A stretch of 60,696 nt of DNA, filler included, from Sphacelaria rigidula (lineage: Eukaryota): NCBI GenBank assembly GCA_964200075.2. It is 10 parts of 10 records of this genome, joined end to end, with 100 filler letters (N's around TTAATTAATTAA, not from the genome) between each part and the next. Parts side by side here need not be neighbours in the genome. Positions count along the whole stretch, not along the records: positions 6,081 to 12,060 come from CAXNAA020023039.1; positions 12,161 to 18,140 come from CAXNAA020023040.1; positions 18,241 to 24,220 come from CAXNAA020023041.1; positions 24,321 to 30,300 come from CAXNAA020023042.1; 6 more parts are not named here. One strand, written 5' to 3'. The translations under genes and the position numbers were made by a program. Shown in pieces: positions 11,817-24,500 of the stretch. The notes beneath the pieces are model-generated. The model was not told the origin of the DNA. It searched no databases and worked only from the letters and a program-made list of their open reading frames with translations. The first letter of the stretch is position 1, and each line of letters opens with the position of its first letter.

Positions 11817-12253
11817 CGCCGGCCAGGTGCTCAGGTGTTTGCGGGACGCGAGGTGGGCCGAGGAGGTAACTTTGCTCCCTGTCGATGCCTCCATACCCGC
11901 GATCCCGTGCAACGAGATAATTTTGTTTCTCCGCACGAGCGATACGGTGCCTCTCTGAATTGTGGGCACCTCTTTGGAATGCATCGTCTGCAGACAACCG
12001 ACATGGCGTCGCTTCCGACTGTCGCTTGCGGAAGAGAAGGTATGGCTGTTGAGAACCGGTNNNNNNNNNNNNNNNNNNNNNNNNNNNNNNNNNNNNNNNN
12101 NNNNTTAATTAATTAANNNNNNNNNNNNNNNNNNNNNNNNNNNNNNNNNNNNNNNNNNNNCCAGCGTCCATGGCCAACCCAACCGCCCATCCTTCGGTAT
12201 CCATGATCTCCACACAGTGCCCCCTCTAAAGCTATACGCACGTATTTCAACAA

Positions 12254-12350
12254 TTTGACCGCGAGTGCACATTAGGTCATCTGTTGAATCGGCACCACTT
12301 TCACTTTAAAGAATACTGCTTGACTCAAATGATCTACCCTCGCGGGCGAA
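12254..12350 (-). mobile_element. Degenerate copy of ~100-bp piggyBac-like MITE
   Basis: TTTGACCGCGAG..TAGGTCATCTGTTGAATCGGCA is the reverse complement of the right half of the 57105-57200 copy. Confidence 0.6.
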
Positions 12351-15003
12351 CGTTGGCTCATCATGACGAATCATAACCTAGGGGGGCTCTAAAGTGCAGA
12401 TAACGTCCCAGCGTCAGTCGAAAATATGAGATGTTGCTGGAGATGATGGGCGACGCATGCGCGTCGCAGTACTTTGATATGCCTGAGATTCCCTCTTTTC
12501 ACTCACAAGGGGTGTTATTGACGGGGCAGTTTTCTTTCATTTTCTTTAGTCCTCCGAAATATCGGTTTTGTCGCCCGATGTGTTGAAAACAATGCTGTAA
12601 AAATATCCGACCCTCTGTTTTGGGAGAAATGTATGGTCGATTTCAAATTGGCCCATTGTCTGACCTGGTGAAGAAATCTGCTCTCACATTTTTTGGAGAA
12701 ATTCTCCCCCCCCTTCAATATTCGGAGATTTCGGAGAACAAGAATTTCATGAAACTGACGGCGTTGTGGCCTACTGTGGCCTAATGTACTTTGGCCACCT
12801 CAATTCCGGTTATTGCCGAAGTCGGCCGAATTTCACCATTTTCGTGCTGCATAGAAGTGATGACTTAGCTAAGTGGTTTTGGACGAAGTGTATGTAGCTA
12901 TCCTTTGTACATTAAATTAGCTGGTACTGTAATATGAAAGCTAGGCCCCTAACTAACTTGGCTGGTTCCCAGACGTTATCCATAAGAAATCATCAAACGC
13001 GACCGTCAATCATGCATGCGCCTGTTTTGAACATCTGACATGGCCAGCTCGACCCAATGCATACCGATGTGGAATGAACGTATATTGAAATGCAGTAATA
13101 TGCGCTCTTTAAACCAACCAGATCACTCAGTCGGATGTCTGGTTTGACGAGGACTGTAGCATCCCAAGGCTGCAACCGGAGTTGACCCCCAAACCCTGAT
13201 TAAATGGCTGCATGAGTTTCTACAGTGTTACGTGTCGAATAGGGAGGGCAGTGAAGGTGTGTGGCATCTTCATCAACGGGATCAACCAGGAACCTCTATA
13301 ATGCTTAATGCAGTCATCCCTCAAATCGAAAGCGTCACTATGCCGGACTTCACTTCAACTGTACCTGCCGTTTCTGCCTGCTGTACGTCTGACGTTTCAA
13401 CATTTTTCTAAATGGTAACATCTTGTACATTACTCAAGCGTAAGGATTTGTACACATGATACCAAATCTGGTTTCACACATGTACGTTCGCCTAGAAATC
13501 CACCTGTGCCTACTCACCAGCCATGCTGATTTTAACCGCGGAGTATGACGGAACGTCGTGTTAAAATACTGGACTGACCTCCTTTTACAATTGATCTATC
13601 TGTCATTCTTCGAGGGGTTTCCCTTCTCCCCCACCCCCAAATAGTGCCGACCTACAGCCATTTTCGGGACGGCTGATTTATTCTGGTTGTTCGGTCTCAC
13701 GGTGGATTTGGAAGCCTTGAAAATAAACCATTTTTTTTCAGCTAAAAAGCGCCAAAGAATGAATGCAAATGAAAAAACGAAACAAGACGAAAGAAGTATG
13801 CACTGACGAAAAAATCAAGTATCATCGCAATGTTGGAGGCTCACAGTTTCGAAAAGTGGGTACAATGTATAAACGCGCAAACAGACCCAAATATCACCAA
13901 GAAAATCAAACACACAGAGCAGGCAATAATATTGAATGGGTCTCGCACAATGTACGCCGCACATTTCCAACGGAAGACCAGAGTTTCTGGTGGTATTTCA
14001 CCAGCGACACCAACATAAATTGGAGTGATGAAACTAAAACATATAATGAGGAACCACGATATTCACAGTTAGGACGAATCATCACGGGTTCGAATCACCA
14101 AATCCACGATTTCTCCGGCCTGATTGCCTGGAAGGGAGAAAAAAGTTGACCGCTGGTCCAAGGGGTACCCACGCAGCGTTTGCGCCATTCCACGTGTCTG
14201 GGCTGCATATACATGGGTTGAAGCGCTGAGAACAAAGCCTAGGGATCGGTTCGTACGATTCGAATCAATTACACTAGAACCAAGTGATTTCCAGACGAAT
14301 CATTGATTTGTCCGACCCTTGAAAATATTGACACGGTACCGACAGGATAAATTATACACTACTAACCAAAACCCAACGAAGAACGGAGCCGGTTTGCATA
14401 TCCAATCATGTTTCGTGAAATTTAGGAATGGAGAGTCTAGCATTGATTGAGAGAGTGATTTTTTTCATTCGCTCTAAATTCATTTTCTTTTGTGTGTGTT
14501 TTCTTCGCCGATGATGACACTGTCGTGTGCTTAAAGCTACACATCGATATCCTACTGAGGGATATGAAAGACTTCGGTGGCAAGGTAAAACAAAAAGCGT
14601 ATCGGGCCTCGTATAAGGCCCGGAGGTACATTTCGGAACTGAAAGTATTTCATTAATTAATTGACCACTTCTCATTCTCACTCTTATAATATATACTCTC
14701 AATCTCACGAAAACATTGTTATCCCCAAAAAGCCTTGTTGAAACTCTCGCAAAAAAAATAATAATACAGCAGCTGGAGCGGCGGCGGTAGCAGAAATATA
14801 CTATTTGAGGGTCTGAAACAGCACATATACTGTGGGGCCCTAGCAGCCTATTATTGGAACAGAAGTATGAAATGGGGTGTTTCGATTTCCGCTCTCGAGG
14901 GTTGAATCAAGCCAGGAGCAGATAAGACACGCACACACCCACGCACACATACACACACACACACAAAAGCAACCAGAAACGAAATGTGATTTCTCTCTGC
15001 TAG

Positions 15004-15121
15004 ATATGCTCGCTTCAATGCTTTCAACGCCGGCAGATGGGAACCCCAAGCCTCACAGTTACAACTTTCAAGCGACAATGACCGATTCAACAAGATGCGG
15101 GACCCCTGGTTGGTCGAACGG
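15004..15121 (+). CDS. Probable internal exon of an unidentified host gene
   Basis: Pyrimidine tract TTTCTCTCTGCTAG acceptor and CGG|GTGAGT donor, 118 nt. Two frames are open (YARFNAFNAGRWEPQASQLQLSSDNDRFNKMRDPWLVER or MLASMLSTPADG...). Confidence 0.5.
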
Positions 15122-18100
15122 GTGAGTGGAGCAGGCAGGCAGAACTGCCTCACGCCAACCAAAAGTGTTGGAAAAAACGATCAGAGAGGTTTGCTACTAC
15201 CGTTAGTAATACTGATAGGGAACCAGTACTCCAAACGTTAACCCCCCAAACACCCGAAAATGGTCCTTTCAAAATGAAGACCCTGCAAAGTCGGCGATCT
15301 AAAATACCCGGAAAATCGGCGTTACATAGACATAGACTCATGTATTTCTTTCCTGAGTCTCGTGTGGTACACAATCGTACATGTTAATATTCCTAAGAAC
15401 CTTATTTTCCTCAGCAAGTTCTGTTTTCTCCCCAGTCTCGCGAATGCTTGTAAAGAAAAAAAAAAAAGTGCTCTCATGCTTTGTCAGCTTTTGTGTTCCG
15501 TGCACAAGGACAGCTATCCGTTCCTGGCTGTACTTTTAACCCGCCCAACAGTATGATTACAGAGGGAAAATCTGCTGAGTGTGTGTGTTGTGTATGTGTG
15601 TGTGTGTGTTGCCTTCCAAATAGATACCAGCGGGGGATACATCATAAGAAGTACATTGATTGCAACCAGGATACACGCACGCACACACCCATACACAGTC
15701 ACCACCAAAACGCCGTACCATACCCCGTTATTCACCGACACTCATTTCCCCGCCCCCCCTCTCCGTCATGCCAAGGGCACAAGAAATACCCATTCCTTGT
15801 ATCAAAGGCTCCACGCAGGAAGATAGATGCGTAATTTTTACTGAGCGTCGCTGCGCCCCTTTCAACAACCACAAACAACAACAAAATGGGTTATAACTTC
15901 ACACTGGGTAACCCCTTCCCCACCCAACTGTTTCCCCACCTCGTCCGACCTTCCCTCATCACATTTTACTTGCAAAGTTGACGGACTGACTCATTAACTA
16001 ATTGATTGTCGTACGTCACTTGCCATCATTTACTGTGAATGTAACCATGGTCACATGGCAACCTACGCAAGGCTTGGGCCAGACATACGCACATAGAGAG
16101 CACTCACACATAACACAAGACACAGACCATCCCCGTATTATTCCTGCTCTCAGAAAATGTATCTCATCGACTGTCGTTACCGCTGCTAGACGAAAAGTAA
16201 AACGGCAGCGCAGTTTTCGGTACACATCCCTAGGACCGACATTGCCATCATAGAGGGAGGCACAAACGAACAACGTAAAAAGAAATCAGAATACACATCC
16301 AACAACATATGTTCACGCAAAAAAAAAAAAAACACAACAACACACTTGAAGGCATCGTCAAAAACAAATCCAGCGCCTCTCACCATCTACACAACAATTT
16401 GACCCGGAGATTCTAAACATGAAGAAGACGGATCCACACGCCTTGCAAAATCTTTAGATACAAAACGGCGACGCTTATATATCACTTTACATGTACGAGA
16501 CCACACGTTTATTAGCGCACATCACAGTACATCATTACTGAGAAGCTTGATCGTGTCGGTGTGTTCTGTAGCATGAACACGTCGGCACCTCCGCGACCGT
16601 TGCAAAAACATGCACATTTGGCAATTTTCTGATCTATTTCATGTCGGTTCTAGTGAGCTAGCTCATCGTCCTGCACCACCCCAAAAGCACTGATGGAGTC
16701 AAGTGACACTGCGAATGAAACCTCAACTTCGCAAGAGTTAAGATTTCGGTCGAGATCTGAGAGTCATAGAACCAAAGATTGATTTTGTAGCGTCAGTTGG
16801 CATATTTAAGCAAATTGGTGTTTTGGGACGATGAGCCCACCAGTACCTTCTACCATGTATGATCAACTAGAAAATGAACAGATACATCACATGATCGTCC
16901 ACATGCCTTGTTTTTTTTGCAGAGACCACGTGTAGATATATATAATGTCTATACCCCTCATCAACAGCACGCTATTTTCGAAAACGACTTGTTTTCTGGT
17001 AGTGTCGGAAACAACCATAGTTTGTCGGGGAAGATACAGCACAGAGAAAAAACAGGGCCCACCTTCGAGCAACAACAACAAAAAAACAGCTCTAATCTTC
17101 TTCATCACAGCAACACTACCTACATTCTTCAGGAAACACCAACAATACATCATGTATATACATAATAAACGTATCTTTTCCTTTTTGCATTTTTTCCGAC
17201 GAGAAAAACGAGGCGTTTATTTCTCTCTTTTTTTTTTGGCGAAAGAGAAGTCCTTCTCCTTCTCCGAAGCCAAAGCGGTACCACTGTGTGTTGTTCGTTG
17301 CGTATAAGCGACGAGCGACCTGCACTTTAGACTGGCATCCTCGTGCTCCTCGGAACGATCGCTTCAGCAGAAGCCCTCCAAGATGCACTCCTCTGCGGGA
17401 ACAACAGAGGTACACCTGTCTCCGCCCAAGCACACCATTGCGGACCGGAGCGAGGGCGGCGGGAGGCGGCTTTACGTGAGTTCATCATCACATGACCACG
17501 ATTGACGCATTCCGGATGCAATTCTATCCGCAACCCTGACCCAACCCGAGGAATACCGAGAGTTCTCTGGCAGGGATGTGCACACAGCGTCCTTGGTCAC
17601 GCCTGTGCGTTAGCAGAGCTCAAATCAGAGACGTGGATACCGATCTGAAAATAACGGCCTTCTGCGCCATGATGGGAACACCGTAGATCGTCAGTCCTCT
17701 GAAGATCCGAATCTAGTGATCCTACCGTAGACTAAAATTAAGCATGTTTCAATCGTCGACATTTGGCGATGAACTGGCGTAGGCTCTACTTACTGGGCGG
17801 CGGGCGGGGGGGGCAAGGGCGTGGAGTCAAATCTGCTTTCAGGCTTCGAGGGTCAGATGCAGCGGTCATATATTTGTTCATGAATCACCGTCCCGCGATC
17901 CTGCGACCGCGGGGGGGGGGGGGGGGGTACTCTTTTGTTGTTTTCCTTTGTCTTTTGTCCATTTCCCCCGCCCCCCCTTTTAGACGGGGCAACGGGGGGG
18001 GGGGGTGGGGGGGGTGGGGTGGGGGTTTGTTGGGGTTTTGGGGTGGGTTTTGGGTGTTGGGTTGGCGGGGGCGCGCTTGGGTGGGGGGGGGGGGGGGGGG

Positions 18101-18307
18101 GGGGGGGATTACGAATATGTCGCTTGCGTTCAGTCGTTGGNNNNNNNNNNNNNNNNNNNNNNNNNNNNNNNNNNNNNNNNNNNNTTAATTAATTAANNNN
18201 NNNNNNNNNNNNNNNNNNNNNNNNNNNNNNNNNNNNNNNNGGGCACCATCGCTGAAAGTGCGGGGAAAGCACTGTTGTAGGGTTGAACCTCATCTCGGAG
18301 TTAAATC

Positions 18308-19153
18308 TCAATTCGCACAATTTGTTGTTTTATGTTTGTTGTGAAATTTAAAAGTCCCCCTTGTAATATCTTTCTCATAGTACAGCCCAGAATACCAACG
18401 CAAATCCCCGAGGTTCGTGCCTGGAACCATCGTGTTGAGATCTTCACCAAACTCGTCACATCTGTCCTTCTCTCCCACTGCGAATATATCATCTACATGT
18501 ACTACAATGGTGATAATCACCCTACCATCCTCAATCAACCGAAATACACATGAATCCGCCAAGCAATGATCAAATCCCAAAATAAATAAACACTCCGCCA
18601 GTTGATTATGCCACTGCCTACTTGCCTGTTTCAATCCGTACAAACATTTGTTGAGTCTTGCTATTTTACCAGATAAGCTTTCACAACCGAGTGGCAACCG
18701 CATGGAAACATCCTCGTCCAACTCAGACTGTACAAAGGCTTCTTCGATATCAAAATGACGCAACGCAAGATTTTGCTCACAAGCCAGAGTCGCCAACAAA
18801 CGTACGCTAGAAACTGCTGCAGTGGGGGCATACAACTCTCCAAAATCTATGTTCTCCCTCTGCATATCTCCTCTTGCTACTAGTCTCGACTTCATCTTCG
18901 TGGGACATCCAAACTCATCCGCCTTCCAGTTATATACCCACTTTGCATGGATATAGTTGTCCACGAGTTGCTCTTCCGCCGAGTCTATCGCCCCCGCCTC
19001 CAGAATTCCCCGCCATTCCCGCCCCATCGAGTCCCTCAATAAATCACCGTACTCCGAGCGCACCGCCTGCATGTACTCATTGGGGACCTTGAGATCCTTT
19101 GCTGGACATTGTGGGAGTTCCGGTGGGATGTGCGGCGGGCGCTGCTCACGCAA
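18308..19153 (-). pseudogene. Copia A reverse transcriptase
   Basis: KMKSRLVARGD, FDIEEAF, LYGLKQASRQW and VVHVDDI motifs. Frameshift near the end. Confidence 0.93.
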
Positions 19154-19844
19154 AGCGGCATCTGTATCTTCACGCGTCGCCAGCCTCGTCGCGAGTCACA
19201 TCGGTATCCCCCGCGCCCCCCCTTCTCACCATCCTTGCCCTGTCGCCCGGCATCAACTACGCCGCGCGTGAGGAAAGCAGACAGCAAAGATTGCTTATCC
19301 AACTGCTGCATGAGTCCCCAGCTGTGGTGCAAGAGTGCAGCCTTGTCTGTCTTGTAATTGCGTCGACCCTAAACGCGTCCGCCCTGGCTGCCGGGGGTCT
19401 GTTTCCAGATCCAGGTCCTTCCTCACGTCCATTGGGAGCGGCGAGAAAGAATGGTCCATCACTTCAGAGGCGGATGATGCATCGCGTGACGCAGTCGAGG
19501 AAGATGCTGATGGTATCGGGGATGGGATCGGGGCCGAAGAGCCGGAGAAGATCGGCGGGGATGTCGGCGGCGATCGATGCATCGGCGGAGTCGACGGGTG
19601 CAGCGGCGTGTGCTGCACCGGCGGAAATGTCGGTCGCGGCGGCGGCAGTACGGCGGTGTCGGCGGAGTCGGCGGGCGCGGTGGCGGCAGGATTGGCTGAG
19701 TCAACGAAGTCCGCTGGCCCGGCGGCGGCGGCGACTCGACCTCCACTGTGTGATATGTCGGCGGGAGCAGCGGTGTGGCGACGGCGGCGGTGGTGCTGCC
19801 ATGAACCTCCTTCCCCCCGACGAGCAGCGTCTGGACCTCCCCCC

Positions 19845-21090
19845 CTACCCGACGAGCGGCGTCCCATGGTGCTGCTCTGCTGACCGCGCGGCGGCGGCGG
19901 TGACGGTACTGGATCGGGCCTCCTCCCCCCCGACGATCGGCGTTGCCGACGACTGCAGTGGCACACGTGGTACCGTCCAGATAACGTTGTTGGTGTAGCA
20001 GACTGCACCGGTAGCAGCCTTCAGCACCTCGACCGTCGATGAAGAATGGTTACTGCCATTATTGGGATAATGGCAGGCGACGGACTGAACATCCATCTTT
20101 CCTCGGCGGTTGACCTGCATCATGCCTGGTTGCGGAAACGGCCCAATCTGTAGCGGCGGGCGCTTCCCGGTGAGCACTTCATACGGCGACAGTCTTCCCG
20201 GGTTCGCCGTAGTAGCGGAACGATTGAACCCGTCCGCTGCCCACACTGCAGCCTCCAGCCACAGGCGCTCCATGTTCTCCCCCAGGTGAGGTATGTCGTC
20301 GAAGCGGCACTCCGGAAACAGACGTCGCGCTTCGAGACGGGCGGCGTGGCCCCCCTTCATGACCCTCCAAATTGCATTTTCCACCACAGCGTTGTGCTTC
20401 GGAGTGTCGGGGGCAGTGTACTCACAACGAATCGTTGCATCGTCGCAGAAGGCGCAGAAATCGTTGGAGGTGAACTCGCCCCCGTTGTCCATGCGAAAAC
20501 AACCAGGGGTACCGATGGCGCTGACGTCGGCGATGAAACGTTTCACCTTCGCCAGCGTATCAGACTTACGTGCGAGGCCATAAAACATCATGAAGCGCGA
20601 CTTGCTGTCGACGCAGCCCAGCATTTGGGTTGATGCACCCAGAGTACGAGGATGTGAGCCGGTGAGGTCGAGATGCACCCTGCCAAGTACAGTTGTCGTC
20701 TTCGTGCCCAGGCTTCGCGGAATACCTGCCCTCTGTCCCTTCGCTTCCAAACATCCCGCACATGGCGTCAGTACCCCCGTCAATGTAATGCCCTGTTGTT
20801 CCGCAGTTTCTCGCAGTAACGTCTCATGAATGTGGGGAAGGGAAACGTGGAAAAAAATAATGTCGACTCCTTGTTTCCGTTTTCCAACTGAAAATGGGTG
20901 AGAGCTGGGGGCAAGAAGAGCAAGGGCCGTCCTGTTTTCAGCCACAACTCCCATTTCTTCACTCAGAAGACGCGGAAACAAATCTTGGGGAGGGGTCACG
21001 TCAAATCCAGCCATCAGAGCTTTATCCTTGAACACACTCAAGTCTGGGCAGTGTAGCCCTTGAACTGCACAGAGGGAACCAACACCGTTG
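19845..21090 (-). pseudogene. Copia A integrase
   Basis: HHCC region plus DDE core motifs in the 509-aa ORF. Confidence 0.9.
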
Positions 21091-21094
21091 GTGA

Positions 21095-21590
21095 AAGCAG
21101 GTACAACGCTTCCAGGGGAAGCAGACTGTACGCCAACACATGAAGTCACTACGTTCGCCGGAGGAACGGACTGTAATCGAACGCTTGGGAGAGGGGAGGA
21201 ACAACACTTGCGGGTGAAGCGGACTGGACACCAACACTTGAAGTTGCCACGTTCGCCGGAGGAACGAACTGGACACGAACGCTTGGGGGAGAGAAGGAAC
21301 AACACTTGCGGGTGAAGCGGACTGGACACCAACACTTGAAGTTGCCACGTTCGCCGGAGGAACGGACTGGACACGAACGCTTGGGAGAGGGGCAGTTACA
21401 ACGCTTGCGGGTGAAGTGGACTGGACACCAACACTTGAAGTTACCACGTTCGCCGGAGGAACGGACTGGACACGAACGCATGGGGGAGGGGCAGTAACAA
21501 CGCTTGCGGGTGAAGCGGACTGGACACAAACACTTGAAGTTACCACGTTCGCCGGAGGAACAGACTGGAATCGAACGCTTGGGGGAGGGG
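21095..21590 (-). repeat. About 5 tandem copies of a ~99-bp unit within Copia A pol
   Basis: Unit encodes PSVRVQSVPPANVVTSSVGVQSASPASVVTAP. ACGCTTGGG-like anchors recur at about 21181, 21279, 21377, 21476 and 21575. Confidence 0.92.
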
Positions 21591-24500
21591 AAGTAACACC
21601 TACAGCTGGCACAGCAAGTGGGGGGTTTTCGTATGTTGACGGTAATCGAGTGGCCCTTTGTGATGAAGACCGCTCATTGCGATCGAAGCGAAGCCGACCG
21701 TCAAACATGTGTACTCCTGTTTCAGCCAAAAGTGCATCCTGCTTCTTCTGTACTTGGTGCAGAGAACAAAGGTTGAAATGTATACCTTCAAGAACGTAAA
21801 CATCAGTCAGCTGCACGCAAAATTCTGAGGACACACTGACGGATTTCGGAGCGGTGGGATTTCCCATGTGAAATTTGAGCTTCAAACTCCCTACTGCCCT
21901 GACAGGGAGAATTTTTCCGTTCCCCACGACCACGTGTTCATTTTCTTTCGGGGGTGGGCGTGAATCAAACATACCAATCATTGAACCAGTGGTATGGTGT
22001 GAAGCACCATTATCATTTATCCACTCCTCTGTATCATTATCCACATCAAACCCCGACTCACTCTGGTTGAGCAAAGCAACCCCCAAAGTAAAATCACCCA
22101 ACTCAGAACGTGACTTGCAAGGCACAGAGTGTGCCATGCACAGGTGAAGCGGCGCAGAGGATGAAGCTGAACCGGAGGAAGGCAGGTTGGAATCAGGTTG
22201 GGCATGATGAGGTTGTTGTTGCTGCTGTAGTTGGTGAGGGTGTTGCAGTTGAAATTCACCTTGCTGCGGTGATGACTGGATCTGGTTGTTGGTGGCAGCT
22301 GCGGAGGATTGCGGGGGGTTGCGGGAAAACTGGATACAGTGCGCATAACCTGCACCGCTGAAGTCGCTGCTCTCTCCCAACACCCACCCGTCTTCTTCCG
22401 TTCCGTTCCACTGTCGTTCGACTTCACTGCTCCCTTCGTAACCCCCTTGGTCACAGTAAAGTTGCACGGTGTTGACCGATCCGCAGGAATGGGTCCAGGG
22501 GGGGGGCTGGTGTCCTCCGTGACGAGATTGATTCTCGGTAAGATTCACATGATGTACCCCCCAATCGACTTGCGGCCCCACTGCTCTACGCCATGGGCAA
22601 AAAGTATGCATGTCGCCCAGTTCGTCGCATGTGATGCATCGCTTACGGGGGTCGGCGTGGTGAATTGGGGGTTCGTTGCTTACGGGGCGGTATAAACCAT
22701 CAGGATAAGGTGAATAGTCTTACCCACCGTGCGGCGGGTTATGATGCGGTAGCTGGCTGCCTGGGTGGGCATTCCCGCCCCCGCGCCCCGGAGCACTGTA
22801 CCTGTTACCAAATCCACGCCCTGCGCCCCGTCCTCCACGTCTTGCTTGCTGCTGCTGTTGCTGGGATTGCTGGCGTTGTTGTTGCTGTTGTTGTTGCTGA
22901 GTGAGCTGCGGTGATTGGGTGTGCATCCTACCGCGTCCACTACTCCCACGACCTCCAAAATTGTCTGCACTATGGTATTGCTGCTGGCGAACACCATTCC
23001 ACGCACCCCGATCACCGCGACTTTCTCGTGCGTGGATGTGTCGTGCTGCGTTGCATTCGGAATCGTCGTGATGGGTCGTGTTGTGAAAATGGCAAAAAAA
23101 CGTCACTGTGCTGCAGACATCTCTCACCGCCCTGTTGTCGTCCGTTTTGCAGCACGCCCCCACCTCTACCACCCCCAGTGGCAGCGACGAGCGCGTGGCC
23201 TTGAACCCCATCCTGATTCCTGCCTGCCCTACTCCTGGCCAGTTCCATTTCTCCATGCGCCGTCATCACCTTGCGCTCCAGGGTATCTGTTGTTACTTTA
23301 TCCATTGCAAGCAGTATACCACGGACGATGTCGAAGTCACTTGAAAGGCGGCGTATAAAGTGCCGGTCGGCGTCTACATCTGATATCGCGACTCCAAGCT
23401 TAGCACGATTGTACCGTATCAATTTCGCTCTATCGAGAAACATGCGGGGGTCCTCTCCCAAGTTCATATCGAGGGTCTGTCATTCATGATCCAACTGTGC
23501 CTTCTCTGTGGTTAGAGAAACGGTGTAATAGTCTACAATGTACCTCCATCCCTCGCTGGGGTTTCCCAGTCTTACAAGTTGTTGAACAAGCGGCGCGTAT
23601 GTAGTTGTTTCGGCTAATATACTCCATGCTCTACTGGCGTTCCCGACCAGCCCGTTTCCGAACCTTTCGATCAAATCCCGCTCATTATCAAAATGTACCC
23701 TAATTGGGAAAGTTGTGTAAAGAGACTCTTCGCAGAACTCTTGCTTAAAGTACGCTGTCATCTGTAGCTTGAAAACCTTGAACTTCTCTCCTACTTCCTC
23801 CTCACCACTCTTTGCCGTACCATCCTATGCTGCAATACTGTTATGTGAACGTACCCGTAATATGCCAGACTGTACCATCTGGGCTTGTTCGTGTGTATGC
23901 AGACGTGCGTCTTGAAATGCTGCTGCCGTGTGTTAATCGTGTGATTTCACTCATGGTAAATGTGAGATCCAGGATACTATCACGAGACTGTCGGAGAAAA
24001 ATGTGGTCGATTACCCGATGGGAAACGGTACTGGTGATTTTCAGAAATGGTACTGAGAACGACAGTTCAGATCGATTCTCGGAATGTTCTGGAAAGTGTT
24101 GGTTGTTCTTACTTTTGTTCTCGAATGATCCGGAAACGACGGGGAGTTATATTGTGGTATGCGGTATGTTTCTGCGGGGTAAAACAGGAGATATTTGCCA
24201 TAGGTCGAGAAGGATTCTCGNNNNNNNNNNNNNNNNNNNNNNNNNNNNNNNNNNNNNNNNNNNNTTAATTAATTAANNNNNNNNNNNNNNNNNNNNNNNN
24301 NNNNNNNNNNNNNNNNNNNNGAAACCCAACCCAACACTTACCTCGCTGGCGACCGAAACGATCGCGAGCGAGTTCGTGTGCCGATTACCCGAAGCCAGCG
24401 GGAAGGGTGTGTTATCCGCCATGTCAACGGTTTGTGGCCAACACCGATGAAACTGAACATGTGAACGGTACCGATAGGTACCTACAATCGACCCCAAGTA

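Larger units (their letters stand above)
18241..24220 (-). mobile_element. Decayed Ty1/Copia retrotransposon A, internal region
   Basis: Order is gag (GEDPRMFLDR; knuckles CHFHNTTHHDDSEC and CITCDELGDMHTFC), protease (WINDNGASHHTT), pre-integrase (HVSLPH..CAGC), integrase (VHLDLTG, MDNGGEF, NAVVEN), RT (AKWVY, KSRLVARG, LYGLKQASRQW, HVDD). Integrase before RT defines Copia. Confidence 0.95.

Noticed and set aside
13763..14149. 128-aa ORF as a gene
   Set aside because: No recognisable motif or splice context. It lies in AT-rich repeat-like sequence.
17240..17476. Exon ending at a GTGAGT donor, considered as an upstream OXA1 exon
   Set aside because: Different contig from the OXA1 exons. Acceptor and frame are ambiguous and there is no recognisable product.
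19099..19998. 299-aa plus-strand ORF
   Set aside because: Antisense shadow of the GC-rich Copia integrase-RT linker.
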